A stretch of 64,000 nucleotides of DNA, taken from Octopus bimaculoides. Lineage: Eukaryota. A model generated the notes under the pieces. The model worked only from the letters and a program-made list of their open reading frames with translations, was not told the origin of the DNA and searched no databases. The DNA is taken from the NCBI RefSeq assembly GCF_001194135.2, contig NC_068981.1:12603494-12667493 (forward strand), given 5' to 3'. Within the stretch, counting starts at the first letter, position 1. Every line of letters begins with the position of its first letter. Positions 49,483-63,268 of the stretch are shown here, piece after piece. The translations under genes were made by a program, and so were the position numbers.

Positions 49483-51029
49483 TTGCTATACGTAAATAGA
49501 AGCCTACGGTGCTTCCAGCTAGTGTACTGAGCGCTTACAGTTAGTTCTACAATATTCTTAGTTGGGACTCGACATGGCCAGAATTGCAGAAGAGTGAATC
49601 CTATCACAAGTGCTTCGGAAGAAGACAGAAAAGTATTCATACGGATACACCAGAAGCAATAAGAGGGACGACCAGATCTCAGGATAAAAATCGTTTCCTC
49701 AATAAGAAGTTGCTGCATGTTCATAGATGCAACCAGTGGAGTGTAGTGACATAGGTAACGAAAGAGAAAGCGTAAAAGATTGTCTAAAGATCTTAGAGAT
49801 TCAATGCTACTTGGCAACACTCGAGAGATATTTGCGCTATCGGATGAAATAATTGAGAACCTCCAGTTGAGAGATGATGAGGTTGTCTAACACTGGAAAT
49901 TGTATGTCAAATGAATTAACTTTACTGTCTTAATATATAATCGGCTTTCGAAAGCTTGAATATAAAGGTTCAACGCAAAGCATTACGAACTGAATTACAA
50001 ATGTATATTCTAAATATTTCATCTTTATAAATAGCACAAGAGCTGAATGTCATTCCGTCACGGTATGCCGCAATAAAACGGTTTATCAACTTAGAAAATG
50101 AAATATGATGGGAATATTGAAGCTGATATGCATTCCATGCAACGGCATAAAACGCATTAAATGATAGGCAGGGAAATATTAAGATTCAAAATATATGATA
50201 TTACATTCGTATAGTTCAGATGTTTAAAAAGCAACAACTAGCAGTAAGACATATAATATTCTGAAACGCTAACAAAAGAAAGACTCCAATAATCAGAATG
50301 ATGTTGGGTGGAGGGTAATTAAATTCAGCTTTTTCTTGAAAGGTTATGCCACTGTTCCTTGAAAGTTGTTGAAGGTTATATGAATATTGAAATATTATTT
50401 CTTTTATCACATAGTTCTGTTCAACGGCAATGCAAATTTGAATTATTCATATAGTGCTGCTGATTTTCTTCTATATACTGCCGATATGTTATTTGCAGTT
50501 TTTCAAGAGGATTCAATTATAATTAACTTACCAGTATATTTAGATTTGTTTTTCGGTGGCTTATGCTATCTTTATGATTTTGTTTTTGTAACATTCTATA
50601 CGAAATTGAAATTTTTCGTACATACTGTTTTGGTTTAATTTTTTTGGCTAAGCTTCAGTTACATTCGATTGTACTATTAAAATGTTATGCTTGTACAACA
50701 TTTAAGTTTTTAAGTATAACACTACTACGGTTTCCATTCTGAGGAATCGTTAAAATGCTAGTTTATATTTTAGCAACAGCACATTCTTCAGAATTCTTTT
50801 AAGCATCTATGAGATATGTAAAATATATAATAATTGTGAGAAGAAATGCTAAGTTAGCTTAAAATGAAGTTAGCTGTACAGTTGCTCATTAAATTCCATG
50901 CTTTCAAATATCTTTTAAAATCGACAATAGATATTGATCTATTCTGCAACGTCCCACTTTGGTGTTCGTTTCTTTATTAAATTGAAATTATTAAGCCTAA
51001 TGAGCGAGCATTTTATCACAAACACACAC

Positions 51030-51165
51030 ACGCGCTCGCGCGGTTCCGGTTTCAGGTCCCATCGCGTAGCACATTGGACAAGTGTCTTCTACTATAACCT
51101 CGGTTCGGTCCGACTAACGCCTTGTTAGTGGATTTGGTAGACGGAAACTGAAAGAATCGCGTATA
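51030..51165 (+). mobile_element. SINE family A, partial 5' half
   Basis: caagtgtcttctactataacctcgg..gtggatttggtagacggaaactgaaagaa. Confidence 0.8.
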
Positions 51166-51183
51166 TATATATATATTCATACA

Positions 51184-51225
<42 letters not shown>

Positions 51226-54200
51226 CATACGATGCATTGTCTTCAATTTCCACAAATTCAGTCAGCTGGCAAAAATAAGTAATCCTTCACAAATTCTGGT
51301 TAAACGGGCCCTATGAGTCCATGGCTCAGGAATGATCTTTGATCCCTTTTTAATACGTATATATCATCTACGTACGTGTACGTGTGTGCATGATGTTTCA
51401 TTTCTAAATGTACATCTTTATGTTTCAGCATGTTGGCACGTTTGCTTAAGTTTGGTAACTAGGCGAGTATGTATCTCAGACAGTACATCACACTAATTGA
51501 ATAGCATTATTCATCCCTGATAATGCTTTGCATTTAAATTAATTATTAGTACTTGCTGAAATCTGCGACTACGTGAGATCTATAAATGACAAAGAATTAA
51601 CTTGGCCCATATTCAAATAAATATATGTATGTTTAACTTAAGGAAGGAAAAAAAAGGAAGAAAGTTAGAAAGAAATAGAGAAGGAAATTAAGAACATGCA
51701 TAAAGGCTAATTGTCCCATCTTCAGAAACGATTGCCACCTCATTGTGCTCCACTGTTGTCTGTAGCATTTCTGATATCCACTGCATGGCTATTCTGTCTA
51801 GTTGCAGATCTGCATAATTTGGTGCATAGGTGACAGATAAAACTTACGTTGCGCTTGGGCTTGTGCACGTCACTCTTCTACCATCGATATAGGGCTTTCA
51901 GTAGATGGAATGACACATGAGGCCCCTCTTTCAAGAGACCTCGTATGTCATTCCCATTAAAGAGACATAGTGATAAATGCTTGTACTACACGAGTACCGT
52001 TCTCTGAGTTTCTGTGATTAGTACCTAGGCAAAGCCGTAGCGACATGGCCAGTAACCACGTGAAACCGCGCAGTGGTCCTCTCCCAGAAGGATGCTGCGG
52101 AAACAGCTAGGGATCCCTCACACACTGTGATTTTTACTGCGTGTTCTGAAAACAATTAAGGGAATTTCTGTGTCACCTCGCTGAGATAGATCTTTATCGC
52201 ACAAGCGAGCTAACCCATAGGTGAGACTCGGAAAAGTGCAACTACACTGGATCAGAAAAGATCTGGGCAAGATAGTGGCTAATAAATCGTTCCATACTCC
52301 TCAAATCTCTAGAACTCCCGAGCTAGATACCCACTAACAGATGTCGTTTCAAATCATACCCAGAGCATACGGCTGGCAAGATAATATACACTCTGGACAA
52401 GATACTTAGCAGCATTATCTCCGGGTCTTTACGTTCTGAGCTAAAATTCTGTTGAGGCCAATTTCGCTTTTGAGCATTACGAATTTGATGAAATACATGC
52501 CAATTAGGTACAAGTCTCAAATTAAAGACCTGCTGCTTCTCCTCAAAATTTCTACCCCGTGTGCCAAAATTAGAAAGAATATGCGAGTAATTTCTTTCCA
52601 GCAGTATCCAGTTCTTAAATTAATATATTAAGATATTATCATGATGATTTTCCAGGTCAATTACCCACAAATTCCAATGCATTTAGATATTTTCTTCATT
52701 AATTTGATTAAAACTTCTGTGAGAAATTAACGATTTAACTGTACATCGTATTATAATTGCAAAAATATAATCTGGCTTTCCTATGAGTTTTTGTATACCT
52801 GCACAAAACATTGTGGATGTGTTGTGTGATGATATTTAAATTCACTTTAAGAGCAAATGCTGGATACAGTCAGTATGTAATTGCATTTCCAGGTACGATT
52901 AATAAATTCCTATCACTACAAACCAGAGAGTGTGTTGGTGATTGTCTTGCATTTTCATATTTATGACGTAACTCATAGTAAACACTATGACTAACTGCTC
53001 ATTTGAATGCCCCACCTCCAGCAACGCATAATAGTTGCCCTATATATCATTTAGATTATGTTTATGCTTATAAAACCACATTCGGAAATACACAGCTACT
53101 TGTCTCTTGTAACTTTGCTTCCAGACATGCATAAACATTTTTTTATCGTCTTAGGTCACGGCTAATAACGTTCGCCGGATGTTTTTTAAAACGGGGGCCA
53201 CATTTTTCATTAACGAAACACTTTGAAACTTGGAACACTGGTAGAATGTGTCATATAAAACATCTTTTTTCTCTTAGTCTTCTTAAAAAAAAAAGAAATC
53301 CCTAAGTTATTCCATGNNNNNNNNNNNNNNNNNNNNNNNNNNNNNNNNNNNNNNNNNNNNNNNNNNNNNNNNNNNNNNNNNNNNNNNNNNNNNNNNNNNN
53401 NNNNNNNNNNNNNNNNNNNNNNNNNNNNNNNNNNNNNNNNNNNNNNNNNNNNNNNNNNNNNNNNNNNNNNNNNNNNNNNNNNNNNNNNNNNNNNNNNNNN
53501 NNNNNNNNNNNNNNNNNNNNNNNNNNNNNNNNNNNNNNNNNNNNNNNNNNNNNNNNNNNNNNNNNNNNNNNNNNNNNNNNNNNNNNNNNNNNNNNNNNNN
53601 NNNNNNNNNNNNNNNNNNNNNNNNNNNNNNNNNNNNNNNNNNNNNNNNNNNNNNNNNNNNNNNNNNNNNNNNNNNNNNNNNNNNNNNNNNNNNNNNNNNN
53701 NNNNNNNNNNNNNNNNNNNNNNNNNNNNNNNNNNNNNNNNNNNNNNNNNNNNNNNNNNNNNNNNNNNNNNNNNNNNNNNNNNNNNNNNNNNNNNNNNNNN
53801 NNNNNNNNNNNNNNNNNNNNNNNNNNNNNNNNNNNNNNNNNNNNNNNNNNNNNNNNNNCCCGTACATTCTTTATTTACCACCGTCATTAAACAACTTTGC
53901 TGTAATTTTTCTTTCTTTATTAGTTTCATTTGAGAAGAATTCTTTTCTGAAAATATTAGCTTCTTGTCAACGTAAAATTTTTTACCTGGGTAAATTTTGT
54001 TTTTATCCCCACACATTTTCTTTTCGATAACATTATCGATTTTTCCTCTTATCATTTATAATATATTTTCTACTTTACTCTTCCAACAATCTTTGCTATT
54101 GTTCAGCTGTCAATCAAATATTATCGGACACAATTATTCATATTGTCAAAGCTTCGTATCTCATTGGGTCTGTTGTTACCTTATTGATTATTTCCCGAAT

Positions 54201-54395
54201 TGATATCCCCAAATATGGTTTGGTTCATCTTTCTGTTTATGTTAATTTTAGTCCACTTTTCCATCTGCTCCACCTACTTCTCTTCTCCTCCTCCTCTTTC
54301 AATGACAAATGTCGCATTCAACGACGGATCTCCACTAGTCATTATTGACATGGATGTGACTGCATTATTTTCTTGCATATATACATATATATATA

Positions 54396-54684
54396 CGCGC
54401 AGGAGTGGCTGTGTGGTAAATAGCTTGCTTACCAACCTCATGGTTCTGGGTTCATTCCCACTGCGTGGCACCTTGGCCAAGTGTCTTCTACTATAGTCTC
54501 GGGCCGACCAAAGCCTTGTGAGTGAATTTGGTAGACGGAAAACTGAAAGAAGCCCGTCGTATGTATGTATATATATATATATGTGTGTGTGTATGTGTTT
54601 GTGTGTCTGTGTTTGTCCCTCCAACATCACTTGACAAACGATGCTGGTGTGTTTACGTCCCCGTAACTTAGCGGTTCGGCAAAA
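54396..54684 (+). mobile_element. SINE family A running into a gap
   Basis: Near-consensus sequence. Confidence 0.9.
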
Positions 54685-55568
54685 NNNNNNNNNNNNNNNN
54701 NNNNNNNNNNNNNNNNNNNNNNNNNNNNNNNNNNNNNNNNNNNNNNNNNNNNNNNNNNNNNNNNNNNNNNNNNNNNNNNNNNNNNNNNNNNNNNNNNNNN
54801 NNNNNNNNNNNNNNNNNNNNNNNNNNNNNNNNNNNNNNNNNNNNNNNNNNNNNNNNNNNNNNNNNNNNNNNNNNNNNNNNNNNNNNNNNNNNNNNNNNNN
54901 NNNNNNNNNNNNNNNNNNNNNNNNNNNNNNNNNNNNNNNNNNNNNNNNNNNNNNNNNNNNNNNNNNNNNNNNNNNNNNNNNNNNNNNNNNNNNNNNNNNN
55001 NNNNNNNNNNNNNNNNNNNNNNNNNNNNNNNNNNNNNNNNNNNNNNNNNNNNNNNNNNNNNNNNNNNNNNNNNNNNNNNNNNNNNNNNNNNNNNNNNNNN
55101 NNNNNNNNNNNNNNNNNNNNNNNNNNNNNNNNNNNNNNNNNNNNNNNNNNNNNNNNNNNNNNNNNNNNNNNNNNNNNNNNNNNNNNNNNNNNNNNNNNNN
55201 NNNNNNNNNNNNNNNNNNNNNNNNNNNNNNNNNNNNNNNNNNNNNNNNNNNNNNNNNNNNNNNNNNNNNNNNNNNNNNNNNNNNNNNNNNNNNNNNNNNN
55301 NNNNNNNNNNNNNNNNNNNNNNNNNNNNNNNNNNNNNNNNNNNNNNNNNNNNNNNNNNNNNNNNNNNNNNNNNNNNNNNNNNNNNNNNNNNNNNNNNNNN
55401 NNNNNNNNNNNNNNNNNNNNNNNNNNNNNNNNNNNNNNNNNNNNNNNNNNNNNNNNNNNNNNNNNNNNNNNNNNNNNNNNNNNNNNNNNNNNNNNNNNNN
55501 NNNNNNNNNNNNNNNNNNNNNNNNNNNNNNNNNNNNNNNNNNNNNNNNNNNNNNNNNNNNNNNNNNNN

Positions 55569-55629
<61 letters not shown>

Positions 55630-55639
55630 TATTTACTCA

Positions 55640-56036
55640 CTCATTTACTCTCATTTTCTTGTTTTAGCCATTTGGCTGCGGCCATACTAGAGCACCGTCT
55701 TTAGTCGAGCAATTCGACCCCAGGACTTCTTCTTTGTTAGCCTAGTACTTGTTCTATGGGTCTATTTTGCCGAACCGCTAAGTGATAGGGTAATAAACAC
55801 AACAGTATCGGTTGTCAAGCAATGCTAGGGGGACAAAAACAGATACACAAACATACACACACACATATATATATATACATATATACGACAGGCTTCTTTC
55901 AGTTTCCGTCTACCAAATCCACTCATAAGGCTCGAGGCTCGAGGCTATAGTAGAAGACACTTGCTGAAGGTGACACGCATCTTCGGAAACATGTGATTGG
56001 TAAGCAAGCTACTGATCACAGAGCCACACCTGCGCC
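55640..56036 (-). mobile_element. SINE family A
   Basis: Reverse-complement full copy with a small internal deletion and duplication. Confidence 0.9.
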
Positions 56037-56199
56037 TATATATATATATATACTTGTCCAAAATCACAGAAGGGGAGTAGAACGGAGTAGGTGAAGGAGT
56101 AGTATAAGTGAGGGAAAAGGAGAGAAAATAGTAGTTCATTGAAGGAGAAGTAGTGAGAGTAATAGCCCTGACTGTGAGAGAGTGAAAGAGAGTAATAGT

Positions 56200-56271
<72 letters not shown>

Positions 56272-57211
56272 TATATACATATGCATATATATATACATAT
56301 GCATATATATATATATACATNNNNNNNNNNNNNNNNNNNNNNNNNNNNNNNNNNNNNNNNNNNNNNNNNNNNNNNNNNNNNNNNNNNNNNNNNNNNNNNN
56401 NNNNNNNNNNNNNNNNNNNNNNNNNNNNNNNNNNNNNNNNNNNNNNNNNNNNNNNNNNNNNNNNNNNNNNNNNNNNNNNNNNNNNNNNNNNNNNNNNNNN
56501 NNNNNNNNNNNNNNNNNNNNNNNNNNNNNNNNNNNNNNNNNNNNNNNNNNNNNNNNNNNNNNNNNNNNNNNNNNNNNNNNNNNNNNNNNNNNNNNNNNNN
56601 NNNNNNNNNNNNNNNNNNNNNNNNNNNNNNNNNNNNNNNNNNNNNNNNNNNNNNNNNNNNNNNNNNNNNNNNNNNNNNNNNNNNNNNNNNNNNNNNNNNN
56701 NNNNNNNNNNNNNNNNNNNNNNNNNNNNNNNNNNNNATATATATATAAACGTATATGGAAAGAAAGTGTCAGAGATCCACAGTTATCCAGCCGTTCATTT
56801 TGTTCACTTGCAATAGTACGAAAACCCTTAGGGAAGACTGTTTGCGGCGTTGACATATCTAACGGATTAAAAATGTGAGGTAGACAAGTTCATCTAAATC
56901 ATACATATAATTCCCTTTTTCCATGCTGTCAATGTATTTTCTACAGTATTTCAAAAAATTGTAAGCATTCTTTAATAATTTATGAAGTGGAATTGTATTC
57001 ATAACATCGTACTGGTTGCTTAAATGTGACCATAGGCTCGTAATGTGATTAACTCTTAGATATTTTGCAAATGTTTAAACGTGTTATTGTCTTTAATTTA
57101 AACGTAATTGGTGATGTCATTAGTCACTGAATCAATTTGATACCTTGCAAATTGACATATGATAACAATTCCCTTACCTCTTTATGTTGTATATTTGAGA
57201 TTCATTCTTAC

Positions 57212-57275
57212 CGTTTGCTAAACTGAAGATGACATACAGCCATAATTTTGATTCCATATTGGGATGTTATAAACT
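57212..57275 (-). CDS. Candidate exon; either starts a signal-peptide-like MESKLWLYVIFSLAN (ATG at 57257) or reads FITSQYGIKIMAVCHLQFSK
   Basis: Acceptor ctatttattcgttag|, donor AACG|gtaaga, CAATATGG context. Neighbouring candidates are 57399-57445 (donor |gtaagt) and the acceptor at 56858. Confidence 0.4.
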
Positions 57276-57649
57276 CTAACGAATAAATAGTATAATTAGA
57301 TAAACTAAAATTGTGATACCCATGTTGAAGCCAGATATTTAAAGATCATAACATACGCATGAGATTGTCGACAAATATTTCCTAAGTAGAGCACTTACTA
57401 GTTGTCGATCGATATTTAAAGTGACTGCTATTTGTTATATCATCCCTAATACACACACATATATACACACACACGCACCTTTTTCAATCTCTCTCGCTCT
57501 CTCACACATATCTACTTATATATGTATATGTATCGCCCAATCTTGAGGACAACAGCTGTTATATATGCACATCCAAATACACAAACTTTATATCACACAT
57601 GTATTATTTACTAGTATATTACGTGGAAAGCAATTGGTCGGGTTTACCT

Positions 57650-59400
57650 CCTTTACTCAGTATGATACAAGGCTCAGTAATTTGCAGAACTAATATGCTA
57701 TGAAAGGAAAATCAAATATCTTTTCTATGTGGAAGGATATCAAATAACAAGCAATCGACAGTGCATGATTTACTGAAGCACCTGATATAAGAATCAGATT
57801 AAAGCATGCGTACACAATATATAATAAAGGAGAATGAAGCCAATATCCTATTTGTTAAATAAGCAGAGTTAAAATAATTAAATGAAACACGCTTTAAATA
57901 CTTGAAAATGAATGTACTAGACAAAGTACAGCTCACACTCATCAAAGAAGACATTATGAAGTGTCATTATAAACCCATAAAATGAATACTTCCAACAAGA
58001 TCTAAATGCAAGCTATAAATGTTATGCACGGATATTGTTGCAATTCATATAATATGCTGTAGATAAATGTTTCTCCACTGGAAACTGAATATGTTGGCAA
58101 CGACTAGAAAAAGGAATTAAAAATAACCACTATATTTCAATTGCACAGTGACAATTTCACAGACTATTCATAATACATGCACTACTCAAAGTGTAATGTA
58201 AGCTGAGGAACATAAAATCAAATCTCCTGGACTTAAATATACGCGCTATACACACAAAGGAAAAGTATTGTCATTTCATACTTGTTACATTGAGAACCAC
58301 ATATTTATTAAAGAATACGAGGACAACAGGAAATACTGTGATGATTAATGCTGTGAAAACATTAAAATAAAATGAGAACACAGAACGAATTTTTTGTAAT
58401 ACAAGAATAGGGTAATTTTTGGTGGGGAGTGAATTATCGATAAAGTTACTCCGAGTGATAACTTCTGACATCTCGTCCGTTTTTGTATGAAAAACTTCAC
58501 AAGTCTAAATCTAAGCTGAACGGAAATGAATTTCAAAATGAATTATATAAGTACGTTTCTAAGCATTTGTAACCTTCCAAACTATTAATTTGTACTGAAT
58601 AACCTTGAAATAATAATGCAGACAGCAAGGGAAATCAATAAAGATAGTGGTATGAAATGTGTCACAACGACCTTGAAATGAGGAATAATAAAAGAAACAA
58701 TACTATTTTAGATTACAAAACAGATAAACCGACATTGAATACCAATTTAGAAAGCTCCCGGAATTAATGTGTTAAACAGATAACAGCATAGACAAAAGAA
58801 TGTAACGATTAAGAGGAAATATAGCAGCATTACAGAAATATTTAAAAAGTTCTGCAATTAGAACATATCTTAGATTAATGCTTCAATAACAACGCGGAGA
58901 GGACAAATGTCTATTTTTTCTAGTAATTAGTTGCATTTATAATCTTCTTACGTGGATGATAATTAAACTAAAAAGACAAAATTTCAAAAGAAGAATAAAC
59001 AAACATGAAAATAATGATTGTATTTAGAATATACCGTGATAAAAAAATATTAGGACAGAAGACTGGAGATGGCTTCTGCAGTCTTTTGCATCTATTTATT
59101 TATATAATATATATTCTAGAAATACTAATAACTACAAAGGGAAACTAATACAAATATACCAGGAACAGAATGTTATGTGTCTTAAACGAAAAGAACAAAC
59201 AGACATTTGTGAGTACTGAAAATAGATAATATTAAACCACGAAACACGAAGTTGGCAATGAGTGTATATAATATCATGCAACATTGGCAAAGGGACTATA
59301 TAATATCATACAAAGACGATGTGAAGAACATCCTGTTTTTGACAAATATTTGAAGAAACTGAATGAAGCAGAATATGTTGATTCTATGAAGGGGAAAAAA
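57650..59400 (+). mobile_element. Highly degenerate R4/Dong-like RT remnant
   Basis: REINKDSGMK..CVTTTLK.G..PGINVLN..KRKY pattern at 58620-58900; extent is uncertain. Confidence 0.4.
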
Positions 59401-59451
59401 TCAATCACATAGTATCTGACTGCCAAGATTTAGTCAAAATATAATATAATA

Positions 59452-59496
<45 letters not shown>

Positions 59497-59585
59497 CATA
59501 CATATGTGTGTGTGTGCGTGTCTGTGTTTGTGTGTATGTATGCGTATATGTACATATATATATGTATATGTATGTATATATATAT

Positions 59586-59623
<38 letters not shown>

Positions 59624-60098
59624 ACACAGTTTCTATAGTGGAAATTGTGCCAGCATTATGAAATCGCTGTTTACAATAATACGCCACTGAAATACCTCAG
59701 AGAATAAATAAAAGAACAGAGCTGAACCCAGCTGTACAGTAAATACCAACGATAGATTTAAGACTACTGCTACTGCTGCTGCCGCTGCTGCTGCTGCTGC
59801 TATCGAAGGTCACTCCCTTGGATTTCGACGTATAAGTGTTTAATAGAAAGGATTAAGAAAAAACGGATTGAAAATAAAAGAAGCTGAAACGATTTGCGAT
59901 GGATGCGTGAATATAATTTGACTCCAGGAATGAATTTTCTTATGAAGTCACAATGAGGATGCTGATGAATTTCATTTTACCTGGGATTCGACAAATGTTT
60001 CTATTGATTGCAGTATATAATTCTATTTTTTTTTCTTCGACTCAAAGTGTTTTGTTTAGCGTGTTTCTGATACTTGAGATATCCATATTAAATCCATA

Positions 60099-60730
60099 TT
60101 AAATGAAGAATTCACAACCGATCCTAAAGTAATCAATGAGATCCTTCAAATGCCTATAATTGAGGGGCGTGTAGAAAATCCTTCCTTGGATGGAATAAAT
60201 ACTGGTTAAAAAAAATTCCAGTGCTAAAGCTCCTGGATAGAAAAGTGTATAGGAATGCTGGTAGACAACTTGTAACAAAGCCGCGCAAATTGATCTGTTT
60301 TGATCTGGGAAACTGGATTTGTTTCCTATCTGTTCAAGGGTGCATATATAAGGCACAAAAACAAAGAGAAGAAAAGTCTGTGATAATCACCGTGGAATGG
60401 GATTGTTATGCATAGCTTGAAAAACTGATTCTCGCGAGAGTGTTTCTTAGCCGTATCAACAAGCATATGGTAAACAGCATATATACTGAATAAAAATGTG
60501 GATTTCAAGTTGGGTGAAACATACTTGACATGATAATTGTCCTTCGGGAAGTTCAAGACAATGCACGTGTGCAAAACACTGAGTTGTACATGGTATTTAT
60601 CGACTTGACCGCGGCCTTTGGTAGATAATGTGTATCGTAAGGCTCCCTGGAAATTGTTGTCAAATGATGGGATTCCTGATAAAACGGTAACAGTAATAGT
60701 ATCTTTGTACGAGGCGCAATTTAATGCAGA
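60099..60730 (+). mobile_element. RTE (BovB-like) LINE reverse transcriptase fragment, degenerate
   Basis: KAPG, CDNHRG, ILARVFLSRINKHM, CGF, DMIIVLREVQ, ELYMVFIDLTAAF, GIPDK..SLYE. Confidence 0.85.
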
Positions 60731-60764
60731 CATAACAGAGACACCGAAAGGAAACTACTTTCAA

Positions 60765-61002
60765 TGATAAATGTCTTTATTGCTCACAGGGAGCTAAACA
60801 TAGAGGGGAAAAACAAGGACAGACAAAGGGATTAAGTCGATTACATCGACCTCAGTGCGTAACCGGTTCTTATTTAATCGAGCGCGAAAGGATCAAATGC
60901 AAAGTCGATCTCGGCGCCATTTGAACTCAAAATGTAACAGTAGACGAAATATCGTTAAGCCTTTCGCACGGTGTGCTAACATTTCTGCCAGCTCGCCGCC
61001 TT
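60765..61002 (-). mobile_element. SINE family B
   Basis: Reverse complement; abuts the RTE fragment. Confidence 0.85.
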
Positions 61003-61540
61003 GGATGGCATATGTATATTGCATCATATGTGCATTATACCTTTCAGCAACTCTTTTCCTACCACTCAATAAAAACAAACCTATGTAATGTCTACAACGA
61101 AAATAATTATAATCTAAAATAAAATCTGGATCCCCACAGATTAAGCAGCTGAAGAACATAAACATCGAAAGCAGAAATAATTGAAACAAAGAAATAAGCA
61201 ACTCAAAAATATAAGTAGATAACTGGTGAAAATACAAGTAACAAAAGAAAACAATGCAATTTCATACAATATTTGTGATATAAAAGAATTTATGCAGAAT
61301 CAAATAATGTGTGAAATGAACGTACATTGAAAGTGGAAATAAAAGAAAAATAAATCTCAAGAGTTAATTTAATTAACAACGAAAAACGTCAAAACGGAGA
61401 TGAATACTAACAAATATGAAATAAAAGACAGAAGTACTCAAAATTATTGAAAAACTAAATCGCAAACCGACAACGATTTATTACCTTCATCATTCGTGTA
61501 AGACGCAAAATAATTCATATTGAAGGCAGTGATTATTTAC

Positions 61541-61604
61541 CTTCTTTAGTATAGACAATAGGTGGAGCGCTGTATACTCTGTCATTGAACAACTGGAAAG
61601 GTGT
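61541..61604 (-). CDS. Candidate 64-bp exon TPFQLFNDRVYSAPPIVYTKE(G/E), or alternative frame HLSSCSMTEYTALHLLSILKK
   Basis: Strong acceptor ttgttatttcattccag|, donor GAAG|gtaaat. Confidence 0.35.
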
Positions 61605-61991
61605 CTGGAATGAAATAACAACCGAAAAAGGGTAGATACAATGTTAAAATGTAAAAGAAAGACATCAGCATTTCTAAGTGATACTTACAAAGTAAGTTCA
61701 TAAATATTTAAAGTTCTGTCGAAAGAACCGGAAAAGAAATTGAAATGATTCACTGAGATGAAAGACATACAATTTAGTGAAAGCTGTTATGTAAAATGAA
61801 CGACACGTTTCATTCCAATATTTGATTACTAATATAGGGCTGATGTGTAAGAAAATGGAATATTTCACTAGTTGAGAAAGAGGTACTGATTAACTGAGAG
61901 CAAAATAATTTTCTTCGTGTCAAGAATCGTTAACACTCAAATATCAAGTGTTTATCGAAGTAGAATGAAATAGTACCAAGATATATGGGAG

Positions 61992-62060
<69 letters not shown>

Positions 62061-62861
62061 ATGTATGTATATACATATATAAATCAGAAATGGAAAAACA
62101 AAACAATAAATTGAACATTTATAAATTCAATTCAATTTAAATATTTTATACAAATATTTGACACATCTCAGAAATTACAGCTGTTTCCGCTTCATGAATA
62201 AAACGAAGTTTTTCAAGATGAATCAAATCCGTTTAAATATGTAATGATGCTGCATCCGATTGACACATCTTCTAAAATATCAAATGAAAACATGATTTCT
62301 AAATCTTTACAAAGACCCTATATAAGCTTAATCATAAATAACTAAATAGTCTAAATTAAATTTTTTAAATTCATAACATTAAATCTATAACTATTCCGTT
62401 CTATAACGGATGTATTTGCTCAATGCAGACGTTTATGTAAACACGTATTTATATATACGTATATATACACACACATACACCTATTATTTATGTATGCATA
62501 AATACACACATACGTGCGTATGCACAGATGAATATGGACATAAACAAGTTTATATATATATATATATATNNNNNNNNNNNNNNNNNNNNNNNNNNNNNNN
62601 NNNNNNNNNNNNNNNNNNNNNNNNNNNNNNNNNNNNNNNNNNNNNNNNNNNNNNNNNNNNNNNNNNNNNNNNNNNNNNNNNNNNNNNNNNNNNNNNNNNN
62701 NNNNNNNNNNNNNNNNNNNNNNNNNNNNNNNNNNNNNNNNNNNNNNNNNNNNNNNNNNNNNNNNNNNNNNNNNNNNNNNNNNNNNNNNNNNNNNNNNNNA
62801 TAGATAGATATATATGTGTGGGTGTGTGTGTGTCTGTACATATTTACTCAGTCATTTAATT

Positions 62862-63268
62862 TACTCTCATTTTCTTGTTTCAATCACTTGACTGCGGCCA
62901 TACTGGAGCACCGCCTATAGTCGAGCAAATCGACCCCAGGACTAATTCTTTGTAAGCCTAGTACTTATTCTATAGGTGACTTTTTGCCGAACCGGTAGCT
63001 TACGGGGACGTAAACACACCAGCATCAGTTGTCAAGCGACGGTGGGAGGGGACAAACACAGACACACAAACATATACACACACACACACATATATTTATA
63101 CATATATAGGACGGGATTCTTTCAGTTTCCGTCTAACAAATCCACTCACAAGGCTTTGGTCGGCCCAAGGCTATAGTAGAAGTCACTTGCCCAAGGTGCC
63201 AGGCAGTGGGACTGAACCCGGAACCATGTGGTTGGGAAGCAAGCTACTTACCACATAGCCACTCCTGC
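62862..63268 (-). mobile_element. SINE family A
   Basis: Reverse-complement full copy. Confidence 0.9.

Larger units (their letters stand above)
14850..62799. other. Assembly gaps: 14850-14975, 16345-16920, 22711-22720, 23830-24707, 41882-42014, 53317-53858, 54685-55568, 56321-56736, 62570-62799
   Basis: N runs; most are bordered by (TA)n or repeats. All long X-containing ORFs come from them. Confidence 0.99.

Noticed and set aside
50216-50410. Hydrophobic minus-strand ORF and strong acceptor near 50262
   Set aside because: The hydrophobic stretch is a translation of the pyrimidine tract, and all frames stop quickly.
51700-52330. GC-richer block with a minus-strand gtaagt donor near 51848
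   Set aside because: All frames have stops, and the weak RTE-like wording (HLLKALY) points to a decayed LINE.
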